Position numbers and translations under genes: made by a program. From a virus (Duplodnaviria > Heunggongvirae > Uroviricota > Caudoviricetes), in the IMG/VR virus record IMGVR_UViG_3300027375_000001: 64,000 nucleotides of DNA. The stretch is one strand, 5' to 3'. The notes beneath the pieces are model-generated. The model worked only from the letters and a program-made list of their open reading frames with translations. It was not told the DNA's origin and did not search any database. Shown here one piece after another: positions 17,305 to 27,266 of this stretch; position 1 is the first letter of the stretch, and each line of letters begins with the position of its first letter.

Positions 17305-18675
17305 TTAATTGGTTGTGTAATTTTTAATAAAGTACTCGAGATCTTCTGGTGTACCCAATCCCCACATCTTTTCGATATTATGTATTTTGATTGTTTTGCC
17401 GCCACAAATCGCTTCGTTAAAAACTGGGCAGATATAAAATTCATTATTAACACGAATATTCTTCTCAATCATCTGTTCTGCGTATTTGACATAGTCGCTG
17501 CCTTTTTGCCAGTAATATATACCGACAGATGCTATGTCGGATATTGGGTTCTTTTCTGCAACTTCAGTGATATTATTACTTTCGTCGACTTTGGCAAACG
17601 ACCATTTTGGGTGTGTAGATTTAAACGTTAGCATACCACCATCTGCTTTTTGTTCGATCATTTTATAGAAGAACTCGCTGCTATCCCATTCGATAAATTG
17701 ATCAGAATTTGCAATTAATAACGGCACATCATTATCGATTAATTCCTTCGCAATGAGCGTAGTGCATGCAGCACCTTCGGTTATACCATCAACTTCGACT
17801 ATACTACATTTTGGTGTTATTAATTTTAGTAAAGTATCTAGATTATATTTCTGCCTATGCTCTTTTTGGATAATATATATATAATTTGCATCGATATTCA
17901 AACTATCAACTACGCGCTGTATCATCGGGTCTCCGCGGACATCGATTAGTGGTTTTGGAAATGTATACCCTGCACTTTGGAATCTACTGCCTGCTCCTGC
18001 CATCGGAATTAAAACATTAAGATTTTCGCCTTTCCATTTTGGTATTTTCATGTTATTTTTATTGGTATTTATCTTATCGTATAATGATCCATGTGTCAAG
18101 TCATTTGGTGAATTTACTCTAAAAACATTTGCATTGCTTCTGCATGCGGCAATCAAACCATTTGGTGAATCTTCGACTATCAATGTTTCGCCTGGCATCA
18201 TCTTTAGCTTACTCATCGCGGTCCAGTATATCTCCGGATGTGGTTTGCTATTTTCAACATCATCATTAGATAATATCAAATCAAAATGCGATATTATTCC
18301 TAAATTTGAGAGAATAGTATTTACTGTTTTTCGAATAGAATTAGTACAACATGCAATCTTATAACCATCTTGGGATAAATTATCAAGTAGGTGTTTTAAC
18401 TTATCAGATTCTTTTATATCATCTAATGAATTAAGAGTCAGTCGTTGTTTTTCTATCCATATTTGCCTATGTAGGTGTTCTGGTAGATTCTTTTCCTTTG
18501 ATAACAATTTTAATTTTTCGCCTGTTTTTAATCCGTCGTATTTTATAAGATGCTCGTTAAATGATATTGTATATTTTGGGTCAATTGATTCTAATGCAGT
18601 ATTTAGACATTGATAATGTAGAGCTTTGGTATCTATCAAGACTCCGTCTAAATCAAAGATAATTAATTTTATCAT
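17305..18675 (-). CDS. HAD phosphatase fused to sugar-phosphate nucleotidyltransferase-like domain
   Basis: N-terminal FDLDGVL, KPHPEIY, IVEDS; C-terminal LIPMAGAGSRF...PKPLI, ANSDQ, AEKNPIS, GLGTPEDL. Confidence 0.85.
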   Translation of the reverse strand: MIKLIIFDLDGVLIDTKALHYQCLNTALESIDPKYTISFNEHLIKYDGLKTGEKLKLLSKEKNLPEHLHRQIWIEKQRLTLNSLDDIKESDKLKHLLDNLSQDGYKIACCTNSIRKTVNTILSNLGIISHFDLILSNDDVENSKPHPEIYWTAMSKLKMMPGETLIVEDSPNGLIAACRSNANVFRVNSPNDLTHGSLYDKINTNKNNMKIPKWKGENLNVLIPMAGAGSRFQSAGYTFPKPLIDVRGDPMIQRVVDSLNIDANYIYIIQKEHRQKYNLDTLLKLITPKCSIVEVDGITEGAACTTLIAKELIDNDVPLLIANSDQFIEWDSSEFFYKMIEQKADGGMLTFKSTHPKWSFAKVDESNNITEVAEKNPISDIASVGIYYWQKGSDYVKYAEQMIEKNIRVNNEFYICPVFNEAICGGKTIKIHNIEKMWGLGTPEDLEYFIKNYTTN

Positions 18676-19376
18676 TATTTGATTCTCCTTTCGGGTGGTA
18701 AAAAATTAATATACTCGCTATGTATGTATTCTTTGGTATCGTTGCACAAGTGCATGCCTCGAACTCCATCTTGTGACATTTCCCTAAACCATGATAAATA
18801 TATATTACGCTTTATCCAATAAAAATCATTTTCAATTCCTAGGTCGTTTATAAAAAAACGAATATCTCTTTTTCCTTGTAGTTTTGTTATATACTGTTGT
18901 GTTAATTGTATTTCAGGTACTTCAATCCATGTTGTGTCTTTTATGTCCCATAACGTGTACATATCCTCTACCGTCCCGAGCATTAAATGATCCGTTAAAT
19001 ATCCAGGGCAGGTTGTGTAACAGACATGATTTTTCCATGAAAACATGTTTAATTTATTTTTATCAAGATTGGAAATAAACCTTGTAAAATTGGTTGGGAT
19101 TATATCTGATCTTATTTTTAATACGTATTTATATCCCCTATTACTAGCCTCTTCTATGCCTTTTAATGTTGACAATATCTGTAAATTAAAATTCATAAAT
19201 CCTCTATCCTCTGGTATCTTATTAAAGATAACGTTATCGTTTGCATCATATAATGTTTCAGATCCTTCCCACGTAGATATTATTAAATTGTACTCCCCAT
19301 ATGCTTCTTTGATTTTATCTACATTAGCACTGGGGCCTTGTACTACTATAGCTAAATTATTTAATTCTTCTAGCAT
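18675..19376 (-). CDS. WavE-like polysaccharide synthesis protein
   Basis: AIVVQGP, IISTW, NLQILSTLKGI, VLKIRSD, DHLMLG. Confidence 0.6.
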   Translation of the reverse strand: MLEELNNLAIVVQGPSANVDKIKEAYGEYNLIISTWEGSETLYDANDNVIFNKIPEDRGFMNFNLQILSTLKGIEEASNRGYKYVLKIRSDIIPTNFTRFISNLDKNKLNMFSWKNHVCYTTCPGYLTDHLMLGTVEDMYTLWDIKDTTWIEVPEIQLTQQYITKLQGKRDIRFFINDLGIENDFYWIKRNIYLSWFREMSQDGVRGMHLCNDTKEYIHSEYINFLPPERRIK

Positions 19377-19479
19377 GTTGTATTTTAAATATTATTTATT
19401 ATCACTAAACATTTTTGCAATCATGAACACCTATATGTTATAAATCCATCCGTTTCTATTTGTGACTATTCTGAATGTT

Positions 19480-20229
19480 TTAGTCGTATGGTTGGATTAT
19501 TTTTTGATTTACGAGGCCATCTTCGAATATGCCATGACATGGTCTTGTCTGGCGTATTTTTACCTTTTCTCTATATATCTTTGGCAGTGGTTCGTTTGAT
19601 AATATTGTCTGTTTTGATAGACACCACACTGCAAATTGTCCTATCATGGCTTCTATACTTCCATAATTGTGTGAATTAAAATCACCAGCCCAAATATTTT
19701 CAAATTTTGCAAACCCGCATTTTACAGATTCTTTTATGTTTATAATTAATCCTTCTGGTTCAAAATGGATATCTCTTGTTATTGGCGAATCCACATCGAT
19801 CAAAGATAAATCACCACTGAATAGTAATTTATTTTCGTAAACATCTTTTAAATATTCTGTCAAAATATCAATTTTATTAGATTGCCAGTAAGTGTCTGAA
19901 TGTAAATGTATTATAACATCTAAATTTAGTTCGATCGCTTTATCTAACCCCTTCTGCAATGAAATTAATATTCTCTTGCTTAAGTTGAATCCGTAATGTT
20001 CTATTCCTAGGTAATTGACTGGCGTGCACCTAGGTACATCTTTATTTTCAATTACGAATATATTGTCATTTATATTTTCTAACTCTTTAAAACCGATATC
20101 TTCTTCTGATGTTGTTACTATTATAATAGGTGAGGTCTTTAATATACCATAGTCTTTTCTTATCATATTAATAGTGTTGGTGCATAGATCGATTTGTTTA
20201 TATGCTGTTATGATGAATCCCGTTTTCAT
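19480..20229 (-). CDS. Hypothetical protein, putative glycosyltransferase
   Basis: GT-A-like start (FIITAYKQ), HLHSD motif; island context. Confidence 0.5.
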   Translation of the reverse strand: MKTGFIITAYKQIDLCTNTINMIRKDYGILKTSPIIIVTTSEEDIGFKELENINDNIFVIENKDVPRCTPVNYLGIEHYGFNLSKRILISLQKGLDKAIELNLDVIIHLHSDTYWQSNKIDILTEYLKDVYENKLLFSGDLSLIDVDSPITRDIHFEPEGLIINIKESVKCGFAKFENIWAGDFNSHNYGSIEAMIGQFAVWCLSKQTILSNEPLPKIYREKVKIRQTRPCHGIFEDGLVNQKIIQPYD

Positions 20230-21335
20230 ATTATATTAATTGTCTGATTAATGCTTCTTAATTTTGATACTATTTCGTCAAAATATACGCCAACATGACT
20301 ACATATTATTGTGCATTTTTTGTTTGTCAAGATTTCGGGTTGTTCGACTCGCAGTTCCGTGCCAAATAAAAATTTACCAGATTTACTAGGTGCGTTATCT
20401 ATTATGGTAGTGATTTTTGATGTATCTAGCCCATTTGATATATAAAATTGCGACGATACATGAGCTCCGAATAGATATATTTCGTCTGTGCTAACATTTG
20501 TGATTTTGTTTATGTCTTTTATGTTAGATAGGTGGTGTGTAAAATTATTTGTAAATTTATTGCCTAATTCCAATTTAATTGGTTTTATATTTTCGTTAGT
20601 GGGTGTAATTTTTTTTAATTTAAAAAACACAGAATGATTTTTATAAAAAAAGAATTCGCTTACTTCAAATCCTGTTTTTTTTGCTATATAGTGAACTACA
20701 TCTTTATTTATAAAATATGTGTGCTCGAAATGAAGTATATTACCAGGCGAGTATCCGGCGTTTAGCAAGAAATCCATATCTGGAATTGAAAATACCATTA
20801 TACCATCATCCTTCAAGATATCATGACACTGCTTTAAAAAAGATATTGGGTCGTGCATATGTTCCAGCAAATGCGAATGGATTATAATATCTTTTTTTTG
20901 TGTCTTGAAATTTTCATCGAAAAATCCTCGTGTGAATTTTACGTTTTCAATTTTTATATTTTCTGGATTTGGTTCTATTATATCCCATGATGCAAATTCT
21001 GTAGACAATTTTGCTATTTTGGCCGAAGGATCACTTATTTCTAATATAGATTTATTGATGATATCATTTTTTATAAACCTCGCAAATTCTATATAATGAT
21101 TTTCCCAAATACTACCAACTGTGTTTATGTTATGGTTGTTTTGGTATACAATATTTACATCAAATAGCTCTTTTGTTTGTATCTCTCCACACTCTTGACA
21201 TTGTGTTAAAGATAATTTAAAATCTTCTGTGTGAGATGCTTCTTTTACGACACCCATAAAACATGGGAGTTTAAATTCTAATATATTGTAAAGTGTATTA
21301 TCACACAAAATGCACTTATTTCTTTCTTTCTTCAT
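20226..21335 (-). CDS. SAM-dependent methyltransferase (sugar C-methyltransferase-like)
   Basis: N-terminal CxxC...CxxC, HSHLLEHMHDP..FL, EHTYF, C-terminal YLFGAH...IIDNAPSKSGKFLFGT. Confidence 0.75.
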   Translation of the reverse strand: MKKERNKCILCDNTLYNILEFKLPCFMGVVKEASHTEDFKLSLTQCQECGEIQTKELFDVNIVYQNNHNINTVGSIWENHYIEFARFIKNDIINKSILEISDPSAKIAKLSTEFASWDIIEPNPENIKIENVKFTRGFFDENFKTQKKDIIIHSHLLEHMHDPISFLKQCHDILKDDGIMVFSIPDMDFLLNAGYSPGNILHFEHTYFINKDVVHYIAKKTGFEVSEFFFYKNHSVFFKLKKITPTNENIKPIKLELGNKFTNNFTHHLSNIKDINKITNVSTDEIYLFGAHVSSQFYISNGLDTSKITTIIDNAPSKSGKFLFGTELRVEQPEILTNKKCTIICSHVGVYFDEIVSKLRSINQTINII

Positions 21336-21350
21336 GAGCTGAACTATAAT

Positions 21351-21374
21351 CTATTTATTATACTATTTATTATA
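21351..21374. repeat. Perfect tandem 12-bp duplication CTATTTATTATA x2
   Basis: Intergenic. On the minus strand each copy reads TATAATAAATAG, containing both TATAAT and TAAATA. Confidence 0.8.
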
Positions 21375-21408
21375 CTATACTTTTTCATTAATCTATTATT
21401 TGGCCGAA

Positions 21409-22281
21409 TTAACTCACATACAGCTCTAGTTGTTTGCTATGGATGTGAAGATTTGCAATTGGTATTAGTTTGTTATCATGTACAGCGTAGGGCTTTTGGT
21501 TATCGAATATAACATCTAGCTTATTATCAATAATGCATTTGCCAACATAATGATTCGGATCACAGAATCCCTTAGTATGTCCGTTATTTGTGCCTCCTAT
21601 GTACTGCCCATAAGAAGCCCCGTCAAATAATATCCCTAAATTATTAAAATTGTCGTCTGCTGGTTCGAACGGCAATGCGGGAAGATAATCTATTATATTT
21701 TGTGTTCCCTTATATATTAAATCAATCATTACCATTTCTGATATTGGTGTAAAATATGGAATAACATTATTGGCGTATAATGATTGTTCGCCAATGTTCA
21801 GCAATTTTATCATTTTCGAGATAAATTGTTCTAAGTGAATCAAGGAATTGCAATAAACAAACCCTGCAGAGCTTTTATATTGATCGACTCTAGTGAAGTA
21901 CACCGATGGCTGTAATTTTTTAAGCATCGTCATGTCGGAGTATATTAAATTATCATACTCCATGTGAATAAATTCGTTAATATTATTATTCTTACAAAAA
22001 TGATACAGTACAAATAAACGTATCATCGTTGTGAACCAAAACGCATTTGTTGATTGTGATGGATATTTTTCTTTGCAGATTGTATATAATTTTTGTATGT
22101 CATGCTGCATGTATTTCATGACGTATTGATCATCAACGACAATCGGGTCGCATAGATAATGCTTGCATTGTTTGATACAGATATCTGCATAAGGAGGCAA
22201 CTCGTCGTACGTATAGTCATATATCATTTTGTCATTAATCGGCAATTTATGTGGCGATAAATGTATTAAAATTACTTTCAT
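21409..22281 (-). CDS. Hypothetical protein, putative glycosyltransferase
   Basis: FWFTTMIRLF, HMEYDNLIY (DxD-like), LFDGASYGQYIGG, NLHIHSK; island context. Confidence 0.55.
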   Translation of the reverse strand: MKVILIHLSPHKLPINDKMIYDYTYDELPPYADICIKQCKHYLCDPIVVDDQYVMKYMQHDIQKLYTICKEKYPSQSTNAFWFTTMIRLFVLYHFCKNNNINEFIHMEYDNLIYSDMTMLKKLQPSVYFTRVDQYKSSAGFVYCNSLIHLEQFISKMIKLLNIGEQSLYANNVIPYFTPISEMVMIDLIYKGTQNIIDYLPALPFEPADDNFNNLGILFDGASYGQYIGGTNNGHTKGFCDPNHYVGKCIIDNKLDVIFDNQKPYAVHDNKLIPIANLHIHSKQLELYVS

Positions 22282-22294
22282 TTGCTTTTAATTA

Positions 22295-23077
22295 TTACCA
22301 CGCATGGGAAGGTATGCACCAAGAATGCATATTAACTACATCGTATTTTTCTGATATGCCTCTTTGAATTAATTGTAGGGTTTCATCAAGACTCCAGTTA
22401 GTATCGTACGGATCTGATTGGAGTTTGCCAGTTCTTAAATCTTTTAACCTTTTTGATATATATAGCTCGGGGTAAAACATTTCAACAAAATTGCCATATA
22501 ATTCAAATTCAGACGGGTGACAATTATATGAAATTATATCATAGCTCTTTTCAATTATTTGTTGTGGTGTTAAATTTACATAATTTACTAGGTGTTGAAT
22601 AATATTTTTGTTAAAGAAACCGATATCGCCAATATATGTATGTGTTGCTTTTCTATCTAAATTGAACATTTTTTTATTGAATTCAAAATATTGGGGCTCA
22701 CATTGATCATATCCGTAATACCATATTGGTCTATTTTCTTCAAATAATTCCAGACGATTTGTAACAATAGCGTCGCAATCAATTGTCATGTAATATTCTG
22801 TTTTTGTAACGTTTTGGAAGAGTTTCAAAAATTGCTGCAGAATCCAATTCGGTCTAAATTTCCATTTTTGTGGAGTGGCATATGGTAGAATCTCTCGATC
22901 CAAATGATAACAGATATCATGCTCGCCTGTTTCAAATATTGGTGAAATTGGTGTGGGTGTACAAATATGAATCGTTGCAATATCAGGCACATTTCGTAAA
23001 AGATATTTAATGACGAGTCTAGACCTGAAAAGATCTTTTGGTGCTATTGGTAAAAATACGTCAATCTTTTGATTCAT
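22295..23077 (-). CDS. Putative GT-A/nucleotide-diphospho-sugar transferase (DUF6492-like)
   Basis: WILQQFLKL, YYMTIDCD, SEFELYGNF. Confidence 0.6.
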   Translation of the reverse strand: MNQKIDVFLPIAPKDLFRSRLVIKYLLRNVPDIATIHICTPTPISPIFETGEHDICYHLDREILPYATPQKWKFRPNWILQQFLKLFQNVTKTEYYMTIDCDAIVTNRLELFEENRPIWYYGYDQCEPQYFEFNKKMFNLDRKATHTYIGDIGFFNKNIIQHLVNYVNLTPQQIIEKSYDIISYNCHPSEFELYGNFVEMFYPELYISKRLKDLRTGKLQSDPYDTNWSLDETLQLIQRGISEKYDVVNMHSWCIPSHAW

Positions 23078-23843
23078 ATGCTTGCATAAGTTTAAATTTC
23101 AAATCTCTAAGACTTGGCTGTGGGATATTATTAACACGGATTTGGTGTTTATTATAAAAATACTCCCATATTTTATCTATAATATCCGCTCTGCTTCCAT
23201 CAGCTCTATTGGTTTGTAAGCGACTCGTTGCGATTGGGTTATTCATTATAAACCCATCTGAATTAACTATGTCAGCAAACCACCAAAATAATGAGCTATA
23301 ATCTTTTTTTGATTCTCTATATACCATGTCGACATCAAAACCATCGCGCATATTTTCATCATATTTACCTGTATCTAGAAAAGCCGATCTATGGTGGTAC
23401 GTAAATTCATTGCACATATTTTGATAAAATGCAACTTGCAAGTTATTAGGATAATCAATTATCGTTTTTGGTGTTCGGTGATGCGCATCTCCTGAACCAG
23501 CCCCTGTGCTTACAAAGCAAAAATACTTTAATCCAGTTCCTTTTGAAACCCTAATATATTCATCGAATATGCTTGGATTTAAAATAATCATATCATCCTC
23601 AATAATAAAGATATGCTCACATCCTTGTTCGAGTAAATATTCCACACATTCATTCCGACACACAGATGGATATTTATTTTGAGTATGCTGAATCCACTTG
23701 CCTGAATAATTATTTTGATATTTGTCACCTCCGTTTACTGTTACTAGACAATCAATTCTATCAAGGGGCAAAGATTCATACAAAGCCTTATAGTATGATT
23801 CCGAATTATATGTTGTGATTCCAACGCCGATTTTATCTTTCAT
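23061..23843 (-). CDS. Glycosyltransferase family 2
   Basis: IGVGITTYN, VTVNGG, IFIIEDD; paralogue of 24555..25337 (shared WWFADI). Confidence 0.75.
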   Translation of the reverse strand: MKDKIGVGITTYNSESYYKALYESLPLDRIDCLVTVNGGDKYQNNYSGKWIQHTQNKYPSVCRNECVEYLLEQGCEHIFIIEDDMIILNPSIFDEYIRVSKGTGLKYFCFVSTGAGSGDAHHRTPKTIIDYPNNLQVAFYQNMCNEFTYHHRSAFLDTGKYDENMRDGFDVDMVYRESKKDYSSLFWWFADIVNSDGFIMNNPIATSRLQTNRADGSRADIIDKIWEYFYNKHQIRVNNIPQPSLRDLKFKLMQAYESKD

Positions 23844-23886
23844 TATTTCAATAATTTAACTATTACTATTATGTTACTTAAGTCTG

Positions 23887-24558
23887 TTAAATATACCACA
23901 TCTCACCGATAATGTTTACATTGAATCTATTTGCAAATGAATTTACAGCATTAAACACACCCCATATAGGATGATAGTCGTCGCCGGTAAGTTTACCATT
24001 TTTATTTAAAATTTGTAGTGAATTATTAATATCACGAACAACTGCTTCATATGAATGATCTGCGTCGATATATATTAAGTCATATGTTTTTTTATTTGTC
24101 TTGAAAAAATCATCGCTGTAACCCTCGTATATGTTAACATTTGTGATGTTATTTTCCTTTAAATTTTCTAGAAATTTATTTTTGAATTTATTAGTTTCAT
24201 CCCAGTGACTCATGAAGCCGCTCATGTCCTCATTTGTAGTCCCTTCAAATGTATCAACAACTGTAATATTTACATTAATATCAAATAGTGTTGAAAATTT
24301 GTAGATGTCGATAACGCTACTGCCAATAAACGTCCCCACTTCTAAATAATCAATGCTTTTAATTGATTGTTTTTTTAGATTTTGAAAATATTGATAGATA
24401 TACAAATTGCGGCCAGAACCTGGAGAATAATTAAATAATTTCAATACTTCTTCTGGCCAATCAATGGCATCTCCAAGACCTGTAGGTGACCATGGAAGAT
24501 GTACTTTTACGTTATCAGGATATGTGAAATAATGGTTTAAAGCTTTTTTTATTTTCAT
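23887..24558 (-). CDS. Class I SAM-dependent methyltransferase (Methyltransf_24-like)
   Basis: YLEVGTFIGSS, VVDTF, YDLIYIDADHSYEAV..D, LTGDDY..WGV. Confidence 0.85.
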   Translation of the reverse strand: MKIKKALNHYFTYPDNVKVHLPWSPTGLGDAIDWPEEVLKLFNYSPGSGRNLYIYQYFQNLKKQSIKSIDYLEVGTFIGSSVIDIYKFSTLFDINVNITVVDTFEGTTNEDMSGFMSHWDETNKFKNKFLENLKENNITNVNIYEGYSDDFFKTNKKTYDLIYIDADHSYEAVVRDINNSLQILNKNGKLTGDDYHPIWGVFNAVNSFANRFNVNIIGEMWYI

Positions 24559-25337
24559 TTTAATTGTTTGTTATTTTTTAATTGTTTGAGCACTTCGATT
24601 GTTTTTTCTTCGCCCTCATATGGTACTTCAGTCATTTTGTAACCGTGCAGCACTTTAAATGAATCGTTCGCCTCGTTGAATGACTGCCAAAAATTGTTAT
24701 TTCTAATCGTACTATCTGTTGACATATTTGATTGATTTTTAATCATGCTCCAACTATTATATATGTCAGCAAACCACCAAAACGGCGTTGTATACCCGTG
24801 CTTGTATGCTCTATACGTTAGCTCTGGATGATCTCCGTGTCCTTTGTTGAATACACGATTATGTAGCCCAATTTCCATCAACGCATCTCTTGTATAAAAA
24901 GAAAGAGCACCGAGTATGTTTGGTGTTAATATAATTTTCGTTCCGTCTGGGTATTCGATAACTTTTTTATAAACCGGTTGTAAAGATGCATCTAAATTTT
25001 CACGATTCGAAAATCCAAAATTAAAATGACAAATTCCTGTTGACTTGCTCGCATTGATGTAATTCAAAAACACCATCGGATCCTCGATTAAAATGTCATC
25101 TTCTAAGGTGAAGATGTAATCACATTTTTGTTCGATAAGATATTTCATCGCGACATTTTTTGATCCACCAACTTGTATTTTTTTGGGGTTGTTTATAATA
25201 TGTGCTCCTTCTATATTATCGATTTTATTCCCATCATTGACGATGACTATATCATCAATATAGTCTGGCATGGTCGCCCATAATTTTTTTAAAAACTCTG
25301 GACGATTACATGTAATGATTCCTATTCCTATTTTCAT
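24555..25337 (-). CDS. Glycosyltransferase family 2
   Basis: IGIGIITCNR, VIVNDG, FTLEDD, WWFADI. Confidence 0.8.
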   Translation of the reverse strand: MKIGIGIITCNRPEFLKKLWATMPDYIDDIVIVNDGNKIDNIEGAHIINNPKKIQVGGSKNVAMKYLIEQKCDYIFTLEDDILIEDPMVFLNYINASKSTGICHFNFGFSNRENLDASLQPVYKKVIEYPDGTKIILTPNILGALSFYTRDALMEIGLHNRVFNKGHGDHPELTYRAYKHGYTTPFWWFADIYNSWSMIKNQSNMSTDSTIRNNNFWQSFNEANDSFKVLHGYKMTEVPYEGEEKTIEVLKQLKNNKQLK

Positions 25338-25343
25338 AATTGA

Positions 25344-25673
25344 TCAGCCTTCATCATTCATTCTGCTTTTTATATCATCGTCAATACTTTTCATAATGTC
25401 ATCAAAGTCCAATGTTGGTATCCCGTTGGTCTGTGACTTATAAGGAGATAAAGCATTAAAAAGATCCGTCAAGTCAATTGACTCTTGTGGTGTATAGAGA
25501 TTTGATATGTTTATATTGTCTGGGTCATTTTCAAATGATTTGAACATCGCATCAGATGTCTGTACCGAAATGCATGTGTCATCATTATCAACAAGGATGC
25601 CGTCTAATGACTGTGGTATTTCTAAGCCTGTTTTAACAACGTCGGCGTCGGGCTGCAATAAGTTTGTATTCAT
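25344..25673 (-). CDS. Hypothetical acidic protein
   Basis: 109-aa ORF filling the gap between gp47 and the island. Confidence 0.5.
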   Translation of the reverse strand: MNTNLLQPDADVVKTGLEIPQSLDGILVDNDDTCISVQTSDAMFKSFENDPDNINISNLYTPQESIDLTDLFNALSPYKSQTNGIPTLDFDDIMKSIDDDIKSRMNDEG

Positions 25674-25684
25674 GTTTTGTAAAA

Positions 25685-26728
25685 TTAACTAACTTGTCTA
25701 TATATTTCAACTAGTGTTTGAAGTATTCTTTGTTTCTTTGGTGCTTCCTCTGATAGCTTATCAACTATTTCTTTGAAGGTCTTTTCAATATCAATAGGAT
25801 CAAAATCTTCATCGATATCATCGAGCGTAATAGTTCCAGATGATTGATACTCAAAATTCAATTCAATAGGTTTCAGTGCTGATATTTGCGATTGCATCAA
25901 CTCAATATCTGAAACAGAAAGTTCTTCATCTATCTGTATACGAATGAAGTTATTTGCTATCGCTGAGCGATATTCAGCAACATTCTCGCGTATAGCCGAA
26001 CTTTTAAATTTCAGATGCTTTGGTGATATTTTATTTTCTATCGCTCTTGCTTTGCTTTCATTGATATCAAGCACCCAAATATACTTTGGTGTGTATGCCT
26101 CTCCCCAGCTCAATTCCATTGGAGATCCCACGTATATGATGCGTCCGTTATCATACTTCCTCATATCAGCCATGTGAAAATGACCTGTTAATACAAGAGG
26201 ACATAATGACAAAAGTTTAGAAGCAGACTCACCATGTTCACACACTTGTCCTTCGGATATGGTAAAGCTAGTTATTTCAAAATGGCCGAACATGATGTCA
26301 CACTTGTCTACCGTATCCATATTGGTAGCCCATGGGACAAATGTTATTTTTTTGTCGTTGTGTGTGATAGATGTGGCTTCCGATACGACATGGATATTCT
26401 GCCACCCGGTGAGGATATTCAATGAGTTGACATCAGACCGATCCCGATAAAATGCATCATGATTCCCTGTAACTAGGATAATATTAAAATCTTCAAGAAT
26501 CTTGAAAAATTCAGATGCGGTGTGCATTGTATTGACACACACTTCTTTTCTATTGTGAAAGATATCACCGCTAATAACAATGTCTTTGATATCTAGAAGC
26601 TTATACGTCTTGGACATCCATCTGGCAAATTCTAATGCCAATGTATGCCATAAAGTGCTGTCTCGATAAACACCTAAATGCAAATCTGCAATGACACCGA
26701 TCCGATCAGAATTAAATTTCATCATCAT
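25685..26728 (-). CDS. gp47: Recombination endonuclease subunit (Mre11/SbcD-like)
   Basis: IADLHLG, SGDIFH, TGNHDA, FGHFE, LTGHFH, YVGSP..LSWGE. Confidence 0.95.
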   Translation of the reverse strand: MMMKFNSDRIGVIADLHLGVYRDSTLWHTLALEFARWMSKTYKLLDIKDIVISGDIFHNRKEVCVNTMHTASEFFKILEDFNIILVTGNHDAFYRDRSDVNSLNILTGWQNIHVVSEATSITHNDKKITFVPWATNMDTVDKCDIMFGHFEITSFTISEGQVCEHGESASKLLSLCPLVLTGHFHMADMRKYDNGRIIYVGSPMELSWGEAYTPKYIWVLDINESKARAIENKISPKHLKFKSSAIRENVAEYRSAIANNFIRIQIDEELSVSDIELMQSQISALKPIELNFEYQSSGTITLDDIDEDFDPIDIEKTFKEIVDKLSEEAPKKQRILQTLVEIYRQVS

Positions 26729-27266
26729 TCTCTAGTCTAGTGTCTTTGCTATCATCGTAAAAGCTAGCCGTATCATTCTCGTAATAGAATTCATTGCTAT
26801 CCGATTCTGCAATCCGCTGGCGTCGTGTTTGATACCAAGCTTCATCGTTTGCCAAATTTGCAAACTGTTCTTCGCGGTATGCCTTGAGCGTATTTTGATT
26901 TTGTTTCTCTTTTTTAATTCTGCCAATAAAAGTATTGATAGCAATCTTGGTGAAGTATGAAAATGGGTTACCAATTTTGATATCATATTTCTTTTTTGAG
27001 AGAGCTGATATCATTCGAACAACAGCATCGCCAATCATTTCTTCTTTATATGAATAGTCTTTGAAGTTGGGAAGAAACCCAATTTTAGTAGCAATCTTTT
27101 GAACCATATCGCCAAGGATATGCGGAATCTCATTTGTTTCGTCTTGGTAGTACGCCAAGATTGCATCATGAAACTCTTCCGGTTTTACGTAGAACTCTTT
27201 GTTCTTTTTTGCTGGTTTCTTCTCTGATGTTTCATCTTCAGACTTCTTTGATTTCAATTTTTTCAT
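26712..27266 (-). CDS. gp55: Late-transcription sigma factor
   Basis: YVKPEEF, NFKDYSYKEEMIGDA, NPFSYFTKIAIN.FIGRIKKEK. Start re-called at MKKLKS. Confidence 0.9.
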   Translation of the reverse strand: MKKLKSKKSEDETSEKKPAKKNKEFYVKPEEFHDAILAYYQDETNEIPHILGDMVQKIATKIGFLPNFKDYSYKEEMIGDAVVRMISALSKKKYDIKIGNPFSYFTKIAINTFIGRIKKEKQNQNTLKAYREEQFANLANDEAWYQTRRQRIAESDSNEFYYENDTASFYDDSKDTRLENDDEI

